From: Blepharisma stoltei ATCC 30299
Taxonomy: Eukaryota; Protista; Ciliophora
Length of the DNA: 64,000 nt
Reading direction: 5' to 3'
NCBI GenBank assembly: GCA_965603825.1
Contig: CBFDEM010000033.1
Location: forward strand, 248,001 to 312,000
Shown here: piece by piece, positions 1-12,318 of the stretch
Layout: each line of letters begins with the position of its first letter
How positions within the stretch are numbered: the first letter of the stretch is position 1
Made by a program: the position numbers and the translations under genes
Notes under the pieces: generated by a model
The model's database searches: none
Told to the model about the DNA's origin: nothing
What the model saw: the letters and a program-made list of their open reading frames with translations, nothing else

Positions 1-1
1 A

Positions 2-331
2 GCAAGCAATCCTGAGTTATCTACAAATAGAAACCTTGCAGAATTAACAAACCTAAGAAATAACAGTTTAGAATGCGAAAATCATAAAAAAACAATAAAA
101 ATTTGCCCAAAAATAATAAATAAGCATATCCCATCACGCTTGTTTAAGGCTGGAGAAAATTTAAGTGACATATTAGTATGCACAATCTGTCTGAGTAATA
201 TTGAGGGTGGCCAGCTAATAAGAACTCTTTCGTGCAAAGATATTTTTCATGCAGCTTGTATAGATGAATGGCTAGTTGAGTCAAAAAAAAACAGATGCCC
301 AAATTGCAATGCAGAAATAAATTTAAAATAG
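2..331 (+). CDS. RING-H2-type zinc finger protein, 3' part (5' end outside window)
   Basis: Frame open from base 2 to TAG; CTIC...SCKDIFHAACIDEWL...CPNC. The first His of the CxH motif is Asp. Confidence 0.8.
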   Translation, partial: ASNPELSTNRNLAELTNLRNNSLECENHKKTIKICPKIINKHIPSRLFKAGENLSDILVCTICLSNIEGGQLIRTLSCKDIFHAACIDEWLVESKKNRCPNCNAEINLK

Positions 332-621
332 AAATTATTTTCTTGACTTTAAATAGACAAAATAAATTTGTGAATTTCACTTCATAGAAAGTGAATCAAA
401 GTTTTATAAAAATTCAATATATTGAAATTATCCTTACAAAAGAAATATGTTACAAAAATTTTATGGCGTTACTTTTTCATCATAAAGCACCATATGATAG
501 AAGACTTGTTAATTATTTGGGATTATTCTTATCGGAATTGAATTTCAATTTAGATTAAAAGTCTTATTCATTTTCCTAATTTTTCAATCAAATATAACAC
601 AATATATTATTTCAACTTTCA

Positions 622-1248
622 TTAGCAACACCTCCTATTTTTTGGTTCTATCTGCGCAAGCGACTTTGTGATCCCTTCTTTTTCATCATCAATAATCCTA
701 TCCTTCGTTTTTTCATAAATTCCTTCAATTAAAATCTCAAAGGCTTCACTTACCTTTGTCCCAATAAGTGCACTTGTTTCAATAAACAGTAGCCCTTCTT
801 CATCAGCAAATTTCTTTGCGTGCTCACTTGACACTTCTCTCAAAGCTGGATTTTTGTATAGCAAATCAATTTTGTTCCCGACAAGAATAATCAAAATGCT
901 AGGATCAGCTTTGTCTTTAAGCTCATTGAGCCATCGCGAAATACTGCAAAATGATTTAAAACTTGTAACATCATAGACTGCAAGAGCTCCAATTGCTCTT
1001 CTGTAGTGTGCTGATACTATTGCATGATATCGTTCTTGCCCTGCAGTATCTCATATTTGAGCTTTTATAGTGATACCAGATTTTAAGGTGAAAGCGCGTG
1101 TTGAGAATTCAACCCCGATTGTAGGGTTTGAGTTCTTAGGTTGAGTGTTCTTAAGATAACGGGACACTAAGTTGGTTTTTCCCACTGCTGTGTCACCTAC
1201 TAATACTATTTTGTAAATAAAATCGAATTCTTCATTTGGGATGGTCAT
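622..1248 (-). CDS. Rab family small GTPase (Rab11-like), 208 aa
   Basis: GDTAVGKT P-loop, TIGVEF, QI[W=TGA 1051-1053]DTAGQERY, GNKID, ETSAL, C-terminal CC prenylation motif. Confidence 0.95.
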
Positions 1249-1431
1249 AATTGATAGATTAATGAAAATTATCAGATGCTTGAAAATAATGCATTTATAA
1301 ATGCTAAATTATTAATTAATTTTATAGGCTTAACTATAACATAATCAATTATTTATAAGCACCGTTAAGAGCCCTTTAGCAAAAAAAAATTAAGTTATTG
1401 TAAACTAATTTACTATTATGAAGCGTCCACT

Positions 1432-3237
1432 TTAATTTCTGAGAATATTTTGAAAAGTTGCAGGGTCAACTTCAACGTTCCCAATCATTTTCATCTTTTT
1501 TTTCCCTCTTTTTTGTTTATCCAGCAATTTATTTTTTCTCGTCTGATCTCCCCCATAAAGTTTAGCCAATACATCTTTTCTGAAAGGTCTTATTTTTTGA
1601 CTAGCTATTACCTTCCCATCAAATGAGGCCTGAATAGAAATATCAAACTGCTGCCCAGGGATATTTTCTTTCAGTTTCTCTACAAGGATCTTTGCTTTAT
1701 CATAAGCCTGGGAACGGTGCACTAGAAAAGTAAGTGCATCAATAGGGTCACTATTAATCATAGCTACGAGTTTACCTAAGTCTGCTTCTCTGTAGTCTTT
1801 ATGCTCGTAGTCCATAGTTGCCATTCCTTTAGTGATTGATTTCAAGCAGTCGTAAAAGTCGACTATAATTTCTGATAAAGGTAAAGAATATCTTAGCAAG
1901 ACATGTTTGGTGTCTATATTGACAATTTCGTCTTGTTTAGATCTGTGCTGAAGGCAAAAGGACATAACGTCGCCTAAATATTCATTTGGGATGACGATGG
2001 TTATTGAGACCATAGGTTCAAGAAAAGTTTTTATTTTGAATTTGTCAGGCATCTCATTACATTTTTCTATCAAAATTTCAGTGCCATCTTTAAGGATGGC
2101 TTTGTAGGGGACACTTGGAGGGGTCATTATTACACTAATTTTATGCTCTCTATCAAGTCTTTCTTTAAAAATGTCCATATGAAGAAGACCTAAAAATCCA
2201 CATCTGAAGCCATTGCCTAGCGCTGCACTTTGGTCTTTTTGTATCACCAAACTTCTATCTTCTAAGTTATACTTCATAAGAGCTTTATTAAGATCTTCAC
2301 ATTCTTCTTGATCAATCGGGAAAACTCCAGAAAAAACCATGCATTTTGACTTTTTAAAACCTTCAAAGGGCACAATATCTTTATCATCAACCATACAAAA
2401 AGTGTCCCCAATCAAAGCTTCACTGGTTTCTTTCATATTAAGAACAACATACCCTACTTGTCCGCTTTCCAGAGAATTTCTAGGCTCCAATTCTAGTCTC
2501 ATAAACCCAATTTCATGGACCTGATATGTTTTTCCATTATTTATAGACCTTATACGGTCTCCTTTTTGCAATCTTCCATCAACAATTTCAATAGCACAAA
2601 TTACACCATTTAGCCAATCATACCAGGAGTCAAATAAAAAACATCGAAGCCTCCCATCTGTGTTGCCTGGAGGTGGAGGCACTTTTTCTATGACAGCTTC
2701 TATTAGCTCTTTTACGCCTTGCCCAGTTTTAGCAGATACCATAAAAGGATTGTGTAAGTCAAAATGGGTTTTTAACTGCTCTACAACGAGTTCTGGGACA
2801 GCTGAGGGATGGTCAATTTTATTTACTCCTGGAATTATTTCAAGGTTGGCTTCAAAGGCTTGGTAGAATGTTGAAAAAGTTTGAGCTTGAATTCCTGCTG
2901 TGGCATCAACAAGTAGAATCGCACCTTGGCAAGCTCTGAGGCTTCTGGATACTTCATAAGAGAAATCAACGTGACCAGGAGTGTCAATTAAATTAAGTAA
3001 GTATTGATGTCCTTTGTATTCATAGTTCATTGTAGCTGTCTGCGCTCTTACTGTGATACCTCTTTCTCTTTCTACTGCCAGTTTATCAAGAACTTGAGCT
3101 TTATCGACTTTTGTGCCTGTAAGCTCAAGAAATCTATCGGCCAGAGTAGATTTCCCATGATCAATGTGTGCCACTATACAAAAATTTCTAATGTAGCTGC
3201 GTGCTTCTGTAAAGCATCTTTTTACATAAGAAATCAT
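1432..3237 (-). CDS. GUF1: Mitochondrial translation factor GUF1 / LepA (EF4)
   Basis: IRNFCIVAHIDHGKSTLADR, ERERGITV, DTPGHVDF, GFRCGFLGLLHMD, RKDVLAKLYGGD. Confidence 0.97.
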   Translation of the reverse strand: MISYVKRCFTEARSYIRNFCIVAHIDHGKSTLADRFLELTGTKVDKAQVLDKLAVERERGITVRAQTATMNYEYKGHQYLLNLIDTPGHVDFSYEVSRSLRACQGAILLVDATAGIQAQTFSTFYQAFEANLEIIPGVNKIDHPSAVPELVVEQLKTHFDLHNPFMVSAKTGQGVKELIEAVIEKVPPPPGNTDGRLRCFLFDSWYDWLNGVICAIEIVDGRLQKGDRIRSINNGKTYQVHEIGFMRLELEPRNSLESGQVGYVVLNMKETSEALIGDTFCMVDDKDIVPFEGFKKSKCMVFSGVFPIDQEECEDLNKALMKYNLEDRSLVIQKDQSAALGNGFRCGFLGLLHMDIFKERLDREHKISVIMTPPSVPYKAILKDGTEILIEKCNEMPDKFKIKTFLEPMVSITIVIPNEYLGDVMSFCLQHRSKQDEIVNIDTKHVLLRYSLPLSEIIVDFYDCLKSITKGMATMDYEHKDYREADLGKLVAMINSDPIDALTFLVHRSQAYDKAKILVEKLKENIPGQQFDISIQASFDGKVIASQKIRPFRKDVLAKLYGGDQTRKNKLLDKQKRGKKKMKMIGNVEVDPATFQNILRN

Positions 3238-3374
3238 AACAATATATGATATATAAAAAACTTTACTTATTATAATTAAAAACCACTTGATTTCATATCT
3301 TTCATATAGCTACGAAAGACTCAAAACCGTCTTAATTTTTAAATAATCACTAATTTATAAATTTTATCATCAAT

Positions 3375-4340
3375 ATGACTAAGGTGATAAGCCCAAAGGA
3401 ACGAGAAAAAGAGATGGAAGAAACTCGAAAAAAATTTTTTGAAGAGTCTAAATTTGACCCTAATTATCAAAGATTAGGGCTGTTTTCATTTGTAGGAACC
3501 ACTGCGATTTCTGATGACACTTATTCAAGAAGCAAACCTCCAAGAAGAAATGATGACGGTTCTGTAAAAACTGCTCCACGAAATTTTTTAACATCTCAGG
3601 GCAAGCGAGGCAAAACTTCAGACTGTTATTTTTCAACCTTTGAGTATATAGAAGACAAATACGACCCTAAAAAGTTGAATAAAGACAATAAAGCGAAATC
3701 TGATCAAATTAAAAAACTTCATGAAACTCCATGAAAGCCTGATGGCCCAATAAGGGCAGTTTATTCAACATATCCAAGCATGCCTACTATGAATTTCAGG
3801 CAAATCAAAAGAAAACTCCCAGATGGATCTGTGTATACAGAGCCAAGGAACTTTCTCACGAATCCTCCCAAAAAAGGAGAAGCTGCTTGCACTCCTGGGG
3901 TGCTACTTGGTGGATATCCAGAGCACCAAGCTGATCCATATAATAGAAAAGACCAATTAGCAAGAGAGCAAGCTAAAAGAGATAAAGCAAAAATGCAAGA
4001 GCAGCCGTTTAAAAGCATGGTTTATGGGGAAAAACCTTTTTTTGATGATAAAGCCACCTATGGAGGTGAAAATCCTAAGGGAAGAGTAAAAAGACCATCA
4101 ACCTATGGAGGGATTCAGCATGATAGAGCCTTTATACCACCTAATCCAATGAGAGAGGGAAGCACTTTAGCACCTTTTCCTGAGCACATGCCCGAGCCAT
4201 ATGATCCTGCAATTAAAAAAGACAATAAAGAAATAGTTCCTTGGAAAACTACTTATAAAGAGAGGACAAAGCCATGTGTGTCAGTTTCAAGTATGGTTGT
4301 GAACCTTAGAACTGAGTACCCATCTTTAAGACATAGATAG
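3375..4340 (+). CDS. CFAP96: Cilia/flagella-associated protein, CFAP96 (C4orf47, UPF0602)-like, 321 aa
   Basis: Two ORFs joined in frame by TGA 3732-3734; RLGLFS and twice-repeated PRNFLTxxxKxG motif. Confidence 0.65.
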
Positions 4341-4595
4341 TTAATAATGATAAAACGACTTTAATGAATTGCTTTATAGCAAATCTTAAATCCCTAACGA
4401 AGTTTGGATCATAAGATAAATTCAATATTAAATTTGGATTTTCGCTTGATGTTTATTAGCAGTCTTTCGAAATTATTTATAAGTATAATAAGCATGAAGA
4501 TAAATTAAAGTGATTAAGCAGCTTAATTTCAAAGTTTTTGGCTATTTAATTAATATTTCAAAGATTTTTTGACGTATCCTAAGCCAGGCTATAAA

Positions 4596-7500
4596 ATGAA
4601 AAATATCTTCATACTAAGAATCCTCGGAGTTCTAGCTTCCCTTCAAAGTATAACCTTCCCCTCGCCAACATATCCACCTTTTCAAGCTTATGACGCTGAT
4701 CCCTACATTTATCCAGTCCTTCAGTCTTCATCATCAGCATTGCAACTTTCCATTGATACCACATCTAGCATCAACATGTACCTGAATTCACAGTATCTCT
4801 CGACCTTTAACAGTTCCCAATCATATAACTTAACCTCCCTACCTCAAGGTTTTAGCACCTTGACTCTGACTGATCAAGATACCGAGTATGATATCTTGAT
4901 CGGATTAGAAGGCACTCTTTCTTCCTATTATAAAGTTTATTTAGGCACAACTCAATGCACCTCCTCTGCTTGTGGGTCTACAAGCCAAACTTATATTTCA
5001 GTGCAGACTAATGACACTTCTATGCAAGGAAGAGTGTTTTCATTAGCCCAGCGGCATCCATCATGGACTTCAATCCAAAGCTTGCTATCATTTCCGCTGA
5101 GTGATTTTTATAATTACCTAGAACTATCCTCAACCAATGGGATTGCTCTTTTTTCGGCATACAGAGTTCCATCTGCTCAGCAAGCTACAAACTTGACCAT
5201 CTCCATTACAGGGATCAGCCAGGACTTTCATTTATCCCCACGTTTTACAGCGGATATTTATAGCTATACTCTTGCACCTTCATTTGATAGCTCTTCTGGT
5301 ATGAGCTACAATTTGTTTGTGAATACCACATCTGATAGCTATCTTACATTATCATCAAGCTTAGGCCTTTTTAGTAAAAAATACCTTTATTCAGGGCAGT
5401 CAATAAATGGGCTTTTAAACGGAGGATCAGGTGATACTATTACAATTCAGCTTCAATCTGTTGCCAATATCAGCCAAACTTCTACTTACAGTATCTATAT
5501 CCCTGTTAAATCAGTTGATCCTTATCTCCAAAGCTTAAATTTATATCAAGTTTCATCTTTGGATTCCTTTACAAATTTATCATCATCAGCTTTAGTTAGT
5601 TCTTGCTGCACAAGTTACACTGAAATCATCTTTACTGAAAGCTTTTATCCACTTCGAACCCTGTACAATATTCAAAACTTTGACTATACCTCAAGCTTGG
5701 GATTTTTAGTTAAAGCTATCCCCAATTCTCTTAAAGCTACTATCCTTATGCAATTTAACCATTTGGGTTATAGTCCTTACTATAGTAGTGGAAAAGTGCT
5801 TGTGCCAGCTATAGGGAAGAATCAAATAAATTTAATGATTACAGCTGAAGATTCAGCTTATAGCCAACAAATAGAAATTGATCTTTACATGAAATCGAAT
5901 AATACAGCATTAAAATCTGCGACTATCAAGGGCGAGTGAAATCCTACTTTTAGCTCGAGTGTATTTACTTATAGGGTTTATATAAATTTCTATACAACTC
6001 AATTAGAAAGCTACTTCGAAAGTCAAGATGAAAACGCAGTAATTGATGCAGGGATATCTGGCCTCACTCCTTCAAACGTATTAAATTACACTATCCCTGT
6101 CGGTTCTTCGCTTTCTTATAGCTTAAAATTTACAGTTCATGCAGAGACTTCTTCAATCTCTCAACTCTACACTTTTGTTATTGTAAAAAATGATGCCTGT
6201 GGAAACGGTCTTAGATACTCCTCTACAGAGCAATGCGATGACGGAAATCTTAGCAGTGGAGATGGCTGCTCATCCAATTGCCAAATAGAATCAGGCTGAA
6301 CTTGTAGTGGCGGATCAATCACATCTAAGGACTCTTGCACTGAAATCCCTCCTACTAATAACAATACAGATCATAATTCAACAGATCATAATTCAACTGA
6401 CAATACCAATACAACAGTCTGCGGGAATGGAATTGTAGAGAATGGAGAAGAATGTGATGACGGGAACACAGAAAATGGAGATGGCTGCAGCTCAAGATGC
6501 AAGACAGAATCAAATGGAGATGTATGTGGAGACGGCTTGACATCGCCAAGCAGCAATGAAGGATGTGATGATGGGAATACAAATAATGGAGATGGCTGCA
6601 GTTCGTCTTGTCAAGTCGAATCTGGCTGAAAGTGTACAAATACCTCATGAATTGAAGATCCGAAACCATCACCAGACACTTGTACAAAAGTAAATACCAC
6701 CGTCCCTCACAACTCAACCTCATCTTCATCATCTTCATATGTAGATTTAAGCTACATAGGAGCAGCTTCCTGCTACTTGTTTGTGACTTCAATAATAGTT
6801 CTTATTCCATCCTATCTTTTTACCAGTTGGTATGGAATTAACGAAGGCAAAGGACTAAATCTTTTATCTGGACTACTTTATGGACTTTTAATATTCCAAA
6901 CTCTTTTTGCAATGCACAAACTTTCAAACAGTGACACAAATACGAACCTTTACAATTCTTTTGGATGGTCGCATTTAAGATTTACTGAAATGTATACGAT
7001 CCATCGTGGAAGATCAACTCTTGACATACTTGGACTCAGCTCTGATGATAATGGGATTTTCCTGAATAACATCCAATACTTCCTCATCATCCTTGGCGCT
7101 ATCATTACAGTTCATATAGTAATTATTTTTATAGCTCAAAAAGCAGTAAGACAACTTTTTGAACTCTGTGCATATAATCTCTTTATATTCTTTACTTTCC
7201 TACCTTTTGTTTTTTCTTGTGCAGAATCAATTATCGAAGTAGACAATGAAGACTCAGCTGAAATATTCAGTTATGTCCTTTCCTGGATTGTATTAACTAC
7301 CTATATCTCTATCATCATTGCATGGACTTATTTATTCAAAAAATGGGTCAGAGATGAGAATCCTAATAAGGCAATAATCCTTATGACAGTTGGCCTTAAA
7401 ACTGCTTCTAAGTCTGAAAAATCAAACGATTCCACCCACATTAGCGACTTAATTCTGTCACATTATAAAGAAAAACCTGAAAGCGGAGAATGGCACTCAC

Positions 7501-8258
7501 TAGATGAAGAGCTAACTGATGAGCACAGAAAATCAAATCCTAGCTTATGAATGAGTGAACCAATCAACAAGGTTTTTTCTCCACCTGTCTTGAAAATGAC
7601 TGTAAAAAAAGAGCAAGAACAGTCAACTCCTCAAATGAAAATAATAAAGTTTCAATGGATTTATATTTTCGAACTTTGGGTCTATGGAACTATCGTGCTA
7701 CTTTTAGGCTGCGTTGGCTCTGGAAGGCAAGAGTCTGTGCCTTTGATTCTGCTATTTGGAATAATTGGCATTATCGTGGTGTATAATCAGCCGTTTGTGC
7801 ATGATATGTACAATACCACTCATTCCCTTATCCCAGGGCTGTTTGTGATAATAATCGTGCTGATGTATGCAGAGGATGATATTGCGAAAGAAATTATACC
7901 GATTTTTATTTGTGGGGTTGTTTTGATAATTTTTACGGATTTCTCGTATGAATTTGTGAAGCTGTTTTATGGGTTTTTGAATTTTTCTAGTAAAGATGAA
8001 GGGATTAGACAGTTTACGATATCCCAGCATGATGAGAAAGATGACGAAGAAGAAAGTGAAAATGAAAATGAAAGAGAGCAAACACCTGCTTCATTGGGAA
8101 ATGAGTCAGTTCCTGATGAAAGAAGTATACACTCTTTTTCGATTAATCACAGCTCTTCAGTAAGCGTTAATGACATCAGTATAAAAAGCCCGAGTTCTTA
8201 TTCTATCAACAATTCACCTATTAGTGTGCATGAGATTAGTATAAGAGAGGATGAATAA
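4596..8258 (+). CDS. Large surface/membrane protein (~1220 aa): signal peptide, cadherin-like beta-sandwich repeats, three Myxococcus-type Cys-rich (DUF4215) repeats, multi-TM C-terminus
   Basis: Single frame with TGA=Trp at 5937, 6297, 6627, 6648, 7548. CGNG...CDDGN..GDGCSS.C..ESG[W].C repeats; LSPRFTADIYSY, WNPTFSSSVFTY; hydrophobic helices after 6770. Confidence 0.85.
6366..6395 (+). repeat. 15-bp tandem repeat x2 (ACAGATCATAATTCA), coding TDHNS linker
   Basis: Exact direct repeat inside the CDS. Confidence 0.85.
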
Positions 8259-8383
8259 ATTTTTTTAATGTAATCTTTTATTATCAGAAATTTAAAAAAT
8301 CCATTTTAGCAATTTTTATTCCAAAATACTTCTTTTCATCACATTAAAGAAAAATTCTTTGAGGCGCGATTTTAACCTTAACT

Positions 8384-8392
8384 AGCCAATCA
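8384..8392 (+). promoter_or_regulatory. CCAAT box (AGCCAATCA) upstream of the 87-aa ORF
   Basis: NF-Y-type consensus about 90 bp upstream of ATG 8480; GGCGCGA at 8363-8369 nearby. Confidence 0.35.
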
Positions 8393-8479
8393 CAATTTTA
8401 AATTCTCGACTAAAAACTTAATGTCCTAATAGAAATATCCAATAAAATAAAATCACTATCAACCAGCTAAACAAAACCT

Positions 8480-8743
8480 ATGAAGCAACCAGAACAGCTA
8501 ATCTTAACCCCTGGCTTCGTTCCGATGAGCCCAGCAAATGAAGCTAAACAATTAGAAGTAAAATCCCCAGCAACGATTTTGAGAAAGAAATACAAAAAAT
8601 TGTCACAAAAAATAATGTTCCCACCCAAAACACCTCACAATACGACTCAATACTTAATTAAAGTGAAGCCATCAATATTAAGCGACACCCAGCCACTATT
8701 AGGAACAATGCATTCATTTAATCTCGATCTTATTTTAAAGTAA
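8480..8743 (+). CDS. 87-aa HEXIM-like (PYNT-motif) microprotein
   Basis: ATG..TAA ORF in AT-rich flanks; RKKYKKLSQKIMFPPKTPHNTTQYLI resembles HEXIM1 ...YYKLT...MFAKGQPVAPYNTTQFLM. Confidence 0.6.
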   Translation: MKQPEQLILTPGFVPMSPANEAKQLEVKSPATILRKKYKKLSQKIMFPPKTPHNTTQYLIKVKPSILSDTQPLLGTMHSFNLDLILK

Positions 8744-8832
8744 TCAAGAACCTGCAACTTAATGTAATAATTTTTCATATAAATAAGCCATTTTCTTGAT
8801 AAAATTACAAGATAAATAATAATTTATACGGT

Positions 8833-8892
8833 CGGCTCAGCCCTATCATTGTGCATCCACTGGAGTCATGAAGCAATGCGTCATCAAAGCCA
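8833..8892 (-). ncRNA. Box C/D snoRNA
   Basis: Minus strand: ggc-tt TGATGA (C box) cgcattgcttc ATGA (D') ctccag TGGATG (C'-like) cacaatgataggg CTGA (D box) gcc. Terminal GGC/GCC stem; D guide complementary to conserved LSU rRNA CCUAUCAUUGUG. Confidence 0.8.
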
Positions 8893-9070
8893 TTTTATTT
8901 TTATAATAAAATAAACCATTTATTATACCATTAAGGAAAGTAGCTTTATGAATTAATTAATTGAAAAAGAAGTCTAAATGCCTAAGGATAAAGCCATAGA
9001 ACCTTTTTTTCTTATAAAATTAATCCCTAAAATTTTTCATATCTTCTTTACTGATTAATTTATTATTGAA

Positions 9071-10603
9071 ATGGCAAGTTTAATTATTGTCGACATTAAT
9101 AAGTTTATCCATAAAAAGGATCTGATGATAGGTGATAGGGTTGAAATTAGTGTTTTAAATGTTGATTTGCCAGATAAGGATAAATCACAGCTTAGCTGCT
9201 ATATATCAATCGATAAACAAACTTATGGAGCTATTACTCCAATAAACTCAGGCAATGATAAGACTACTGTGAAACTCTGAAAGGACAGATTAATAAAATT
9301 TAGTGTAGTTAAAATAGAAACTGAAGAAGAACTAGGAAGTGTAACGCTATCTGGCTCTATTTTGCCAGAAGAAGGCTTCCAATGGCTTCCTTTATTTAAT
9401 GAGAAAGATAAAGAAATTTTATCTATCCCTACTAAAGTTAATGCTCCTAGACTGTTTATTGCTCTTAGCACGCTCAAAGGATTGAATCCTATTTACGAAT
9501 CAACAGAAAATTCAGAAACCGTTTCCCAAAATGACTCTTTATCAGAATCAGAAAATGAATTTATGCCTGAATTAAAGTTAATTCAGTCTTCAAGCACTCC
9601 ATCTCCTGAGCATCTAAAAGAAAGCTTTTTGGAGACCCAATTTGTGCAGCTTGCCAATGAAAACTTTGCATTGAAGCAAGAAATAGAAAGAATTAAAAAG
9701 AACAATTCTTCGGTCATTATGTCACTAAATTATGAAATAGAAGAGCTTAGAAAGAAGGAAAAGAAAGCTCTTGGGATTAATAAAATACTGCAAAAAGAAT
9801 TAGGAGAAATTAATGAAAAGCATAAAAGTGAAACTTTAGAAAAAGAAAAAATAATAAAAGAATTAAAAGAAAACTTGGAAAAAGCCAAAAATGATGCCAA
9901 AGCCAAAGAAAATTCGATATTAATGATATTGGAAAATAAAGATAAAGTTATTTATAAGAAGCAATGTGAAATTAATAACTTGAAAAAAAGTATTTCCTTA
10001 ATGGAAGAGAAAACTGGAAGTAATAAAGAAGCTGATATATTAAAAATGCAAATTAATGAACTAAAGCAAAAACTCAATGAAGTCGGAATAAAGACTGAAA
10101 ACGAAGATTTGCATTTAGCACTTGAAAAGCATTTAATTGAAAGAAATGCGCCTGGCTTCTTTAAACTAGTTCACAGTAATAAATACGCCTCTGGATCAAA
10201 CATATTTACATTATTATTAAAGAATGGTAAGATTTTTTGCGAAATTGACGGCATTGAAATCTCAATAGACGAAATCATTAATTCCAGGCTGAAAGCAAAC
10301 CTGAATTTGTCTGGAAAAGTTGAATCCTTTAGCATTCCTATTAAAGGTAAAACTAATTCCATATCTTATTACAATACTGATGAAGCTGATACAGAAAATA
10401 CTACTGATGGAGTTCAAAGCAGGTCATCTTTTGGCTCAGAAAGAACACTTTCGAGCTCTCCTGAACTACTAACTACCAAATCAGCTAAAAGAGTTGTGAA
10501 AGTTTCTAGCTTCATGAAAAGTAGCATGTCTTCTTTAAGGGAAATTGCGCAAAAAGTTCCGAAGTCTATAAAAAAACCCTCATTTAATAAAACTTTTCTT
10601 TAA
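9071..10603 (+). CDS. C2-like N-terminus + coiled-coil + degenerate GAR(Gas2)-like domain protein, 510 aa
   Basis: ORFs joined by TGA 9278-9280; FQWLPLF, long heptad region, FKLVHSNKYASGS...IDEII. Confidence 0.65.
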
Positions 10604-12318
10604 TTATTTAAATGAGTTTAAGGCTAGTCATATTTTATTTTTAAATTAAATCTTTTGATTTAGAATCAATTATTTTCAGTATTTCATGAATTCATTTTCT
10701 CATCTATACTTATAGTAGTTTAAACTTATAAAAGTTTACTATATAATAGGAAAACTTTTGGATAAGCTTTATTGAACTATATTTTAATAATTTCTAAAAA
10801 ATAATGGATCGTATTATCTTTTAACAATTTTTGTGCTTAAAAACAGATTTAGACATGCAAAACTATAATTTCTATGCAATTCATAACAGAAATTTATTTA
10901 ATACATATTATTCTTTTCTGATTCATTTTTAATTACTAAAAGTTAAAGGATAATATTGCTTAGATAATGAATAAAACTATTAATCAGCCAAGTAGAAACT
11001 ACCGCAAAAAGTGTTTAAAAAATTTTAAATCTCCAATAAAGGAATTTTTCACAAAAAAGAAATATTATCCACTGTGGACTAAGCACCGCCGATTTATCTA
11101 CAATGACCACACTGTTCGCAATCCATGAGAGATTAATCAATCAAACTATAAATTTGATGAGCGCTCAATATTGCTATTACACATTAACTATATTGACAGA
11201 AATATCAAACCCATTGATAATAACTTGATAATGTTTTATTCCAGATGCAGTAGATTTATTGGAATTAATAAAAAATTCGCAAAAATAATTTTTGATTATA
11301 AATTTGATCCACCTTTTCAGTCATATCATCGAGAAGTAAAGAGATGAAATAAGGGAAAAGAGGAAAGAATTGAGAAAAAATTTAAAAGAGAAAATAGGCA
11401 ATTTCGAAATATGAAATTTTTAGATTTGCTTGAAGGAGTTTGTAAGAGTTTAAGTAATGAATTCCTTTAGCTTTCATTGTTTTATATTGAAGATTATGGC
11501 ATTATATGGAAATAAATTGTCTTTGTAGGCTAAATAACTGGTTATAAAATTATTTCAATTTTTTTACCACCCTTCACCTTTCACAAAATAGCAAACTTTT
11601 TTTATCAACTTATTTACATTTTTTTTAAAAATAAAATTTCATACTTTAAGATCATTTCTCCACGAAAGCAACTTCAGCAACAACTACAGCAATTCCAGCA
11701 ACAAGAAGTTTAGCTTCAACTTTAGCAACACTACAGCATCATCTCCATTAATTACCTATGTGAAAAGCCTATGAATTCAAAGTATCGCTGAGTCGTTAAT
11801 TTCTCAACCGAACTTGGCTCTCAAAACCTAGACTTCCACCCTTAACTTTAGACCCTCAAAATATCAACTTGCTGCCAGCTTTCCCGCAATTACTTCTTTT
11901 GGTGCATTGTGCCTGCAATTAAAATTTAATAACCTATAGCTCAATTTGATAATTTTTAACTAACATTTAAATTTTATTATTAAATAGTTTTTATCTCAAA
12001 TATCCAAAGCAATTAATGCAATCCTAATTATCCAGCTTCTACTACCAACTCGCATTCTCTTGAACCTTATATTTGAAATAAACTGCCTCTCTATTTTAAA
12101 TTTATTAATTAACTATTATATCACCAGCTATATAAAATCCTTTTTTTTTGCAATACTCCAATCCGTCTTTCTCTTCCGATTTATTTATAATTGAAACTAA
12201 ATCCACAAGAAAATCAAAAAAAAATCTTTATCATTCCTATCCATTTACAAATAATCTTAGAAACTGATTTATTCAAAATTTTACCACTAGAATCAATCAT
12301 AAGATTTTTAAATAAAAT

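Noticed and set aside
4391-4399. CCCTAAC as a telomere-like repeat
   Set aside because: Single imperfect copy, expected by chance.
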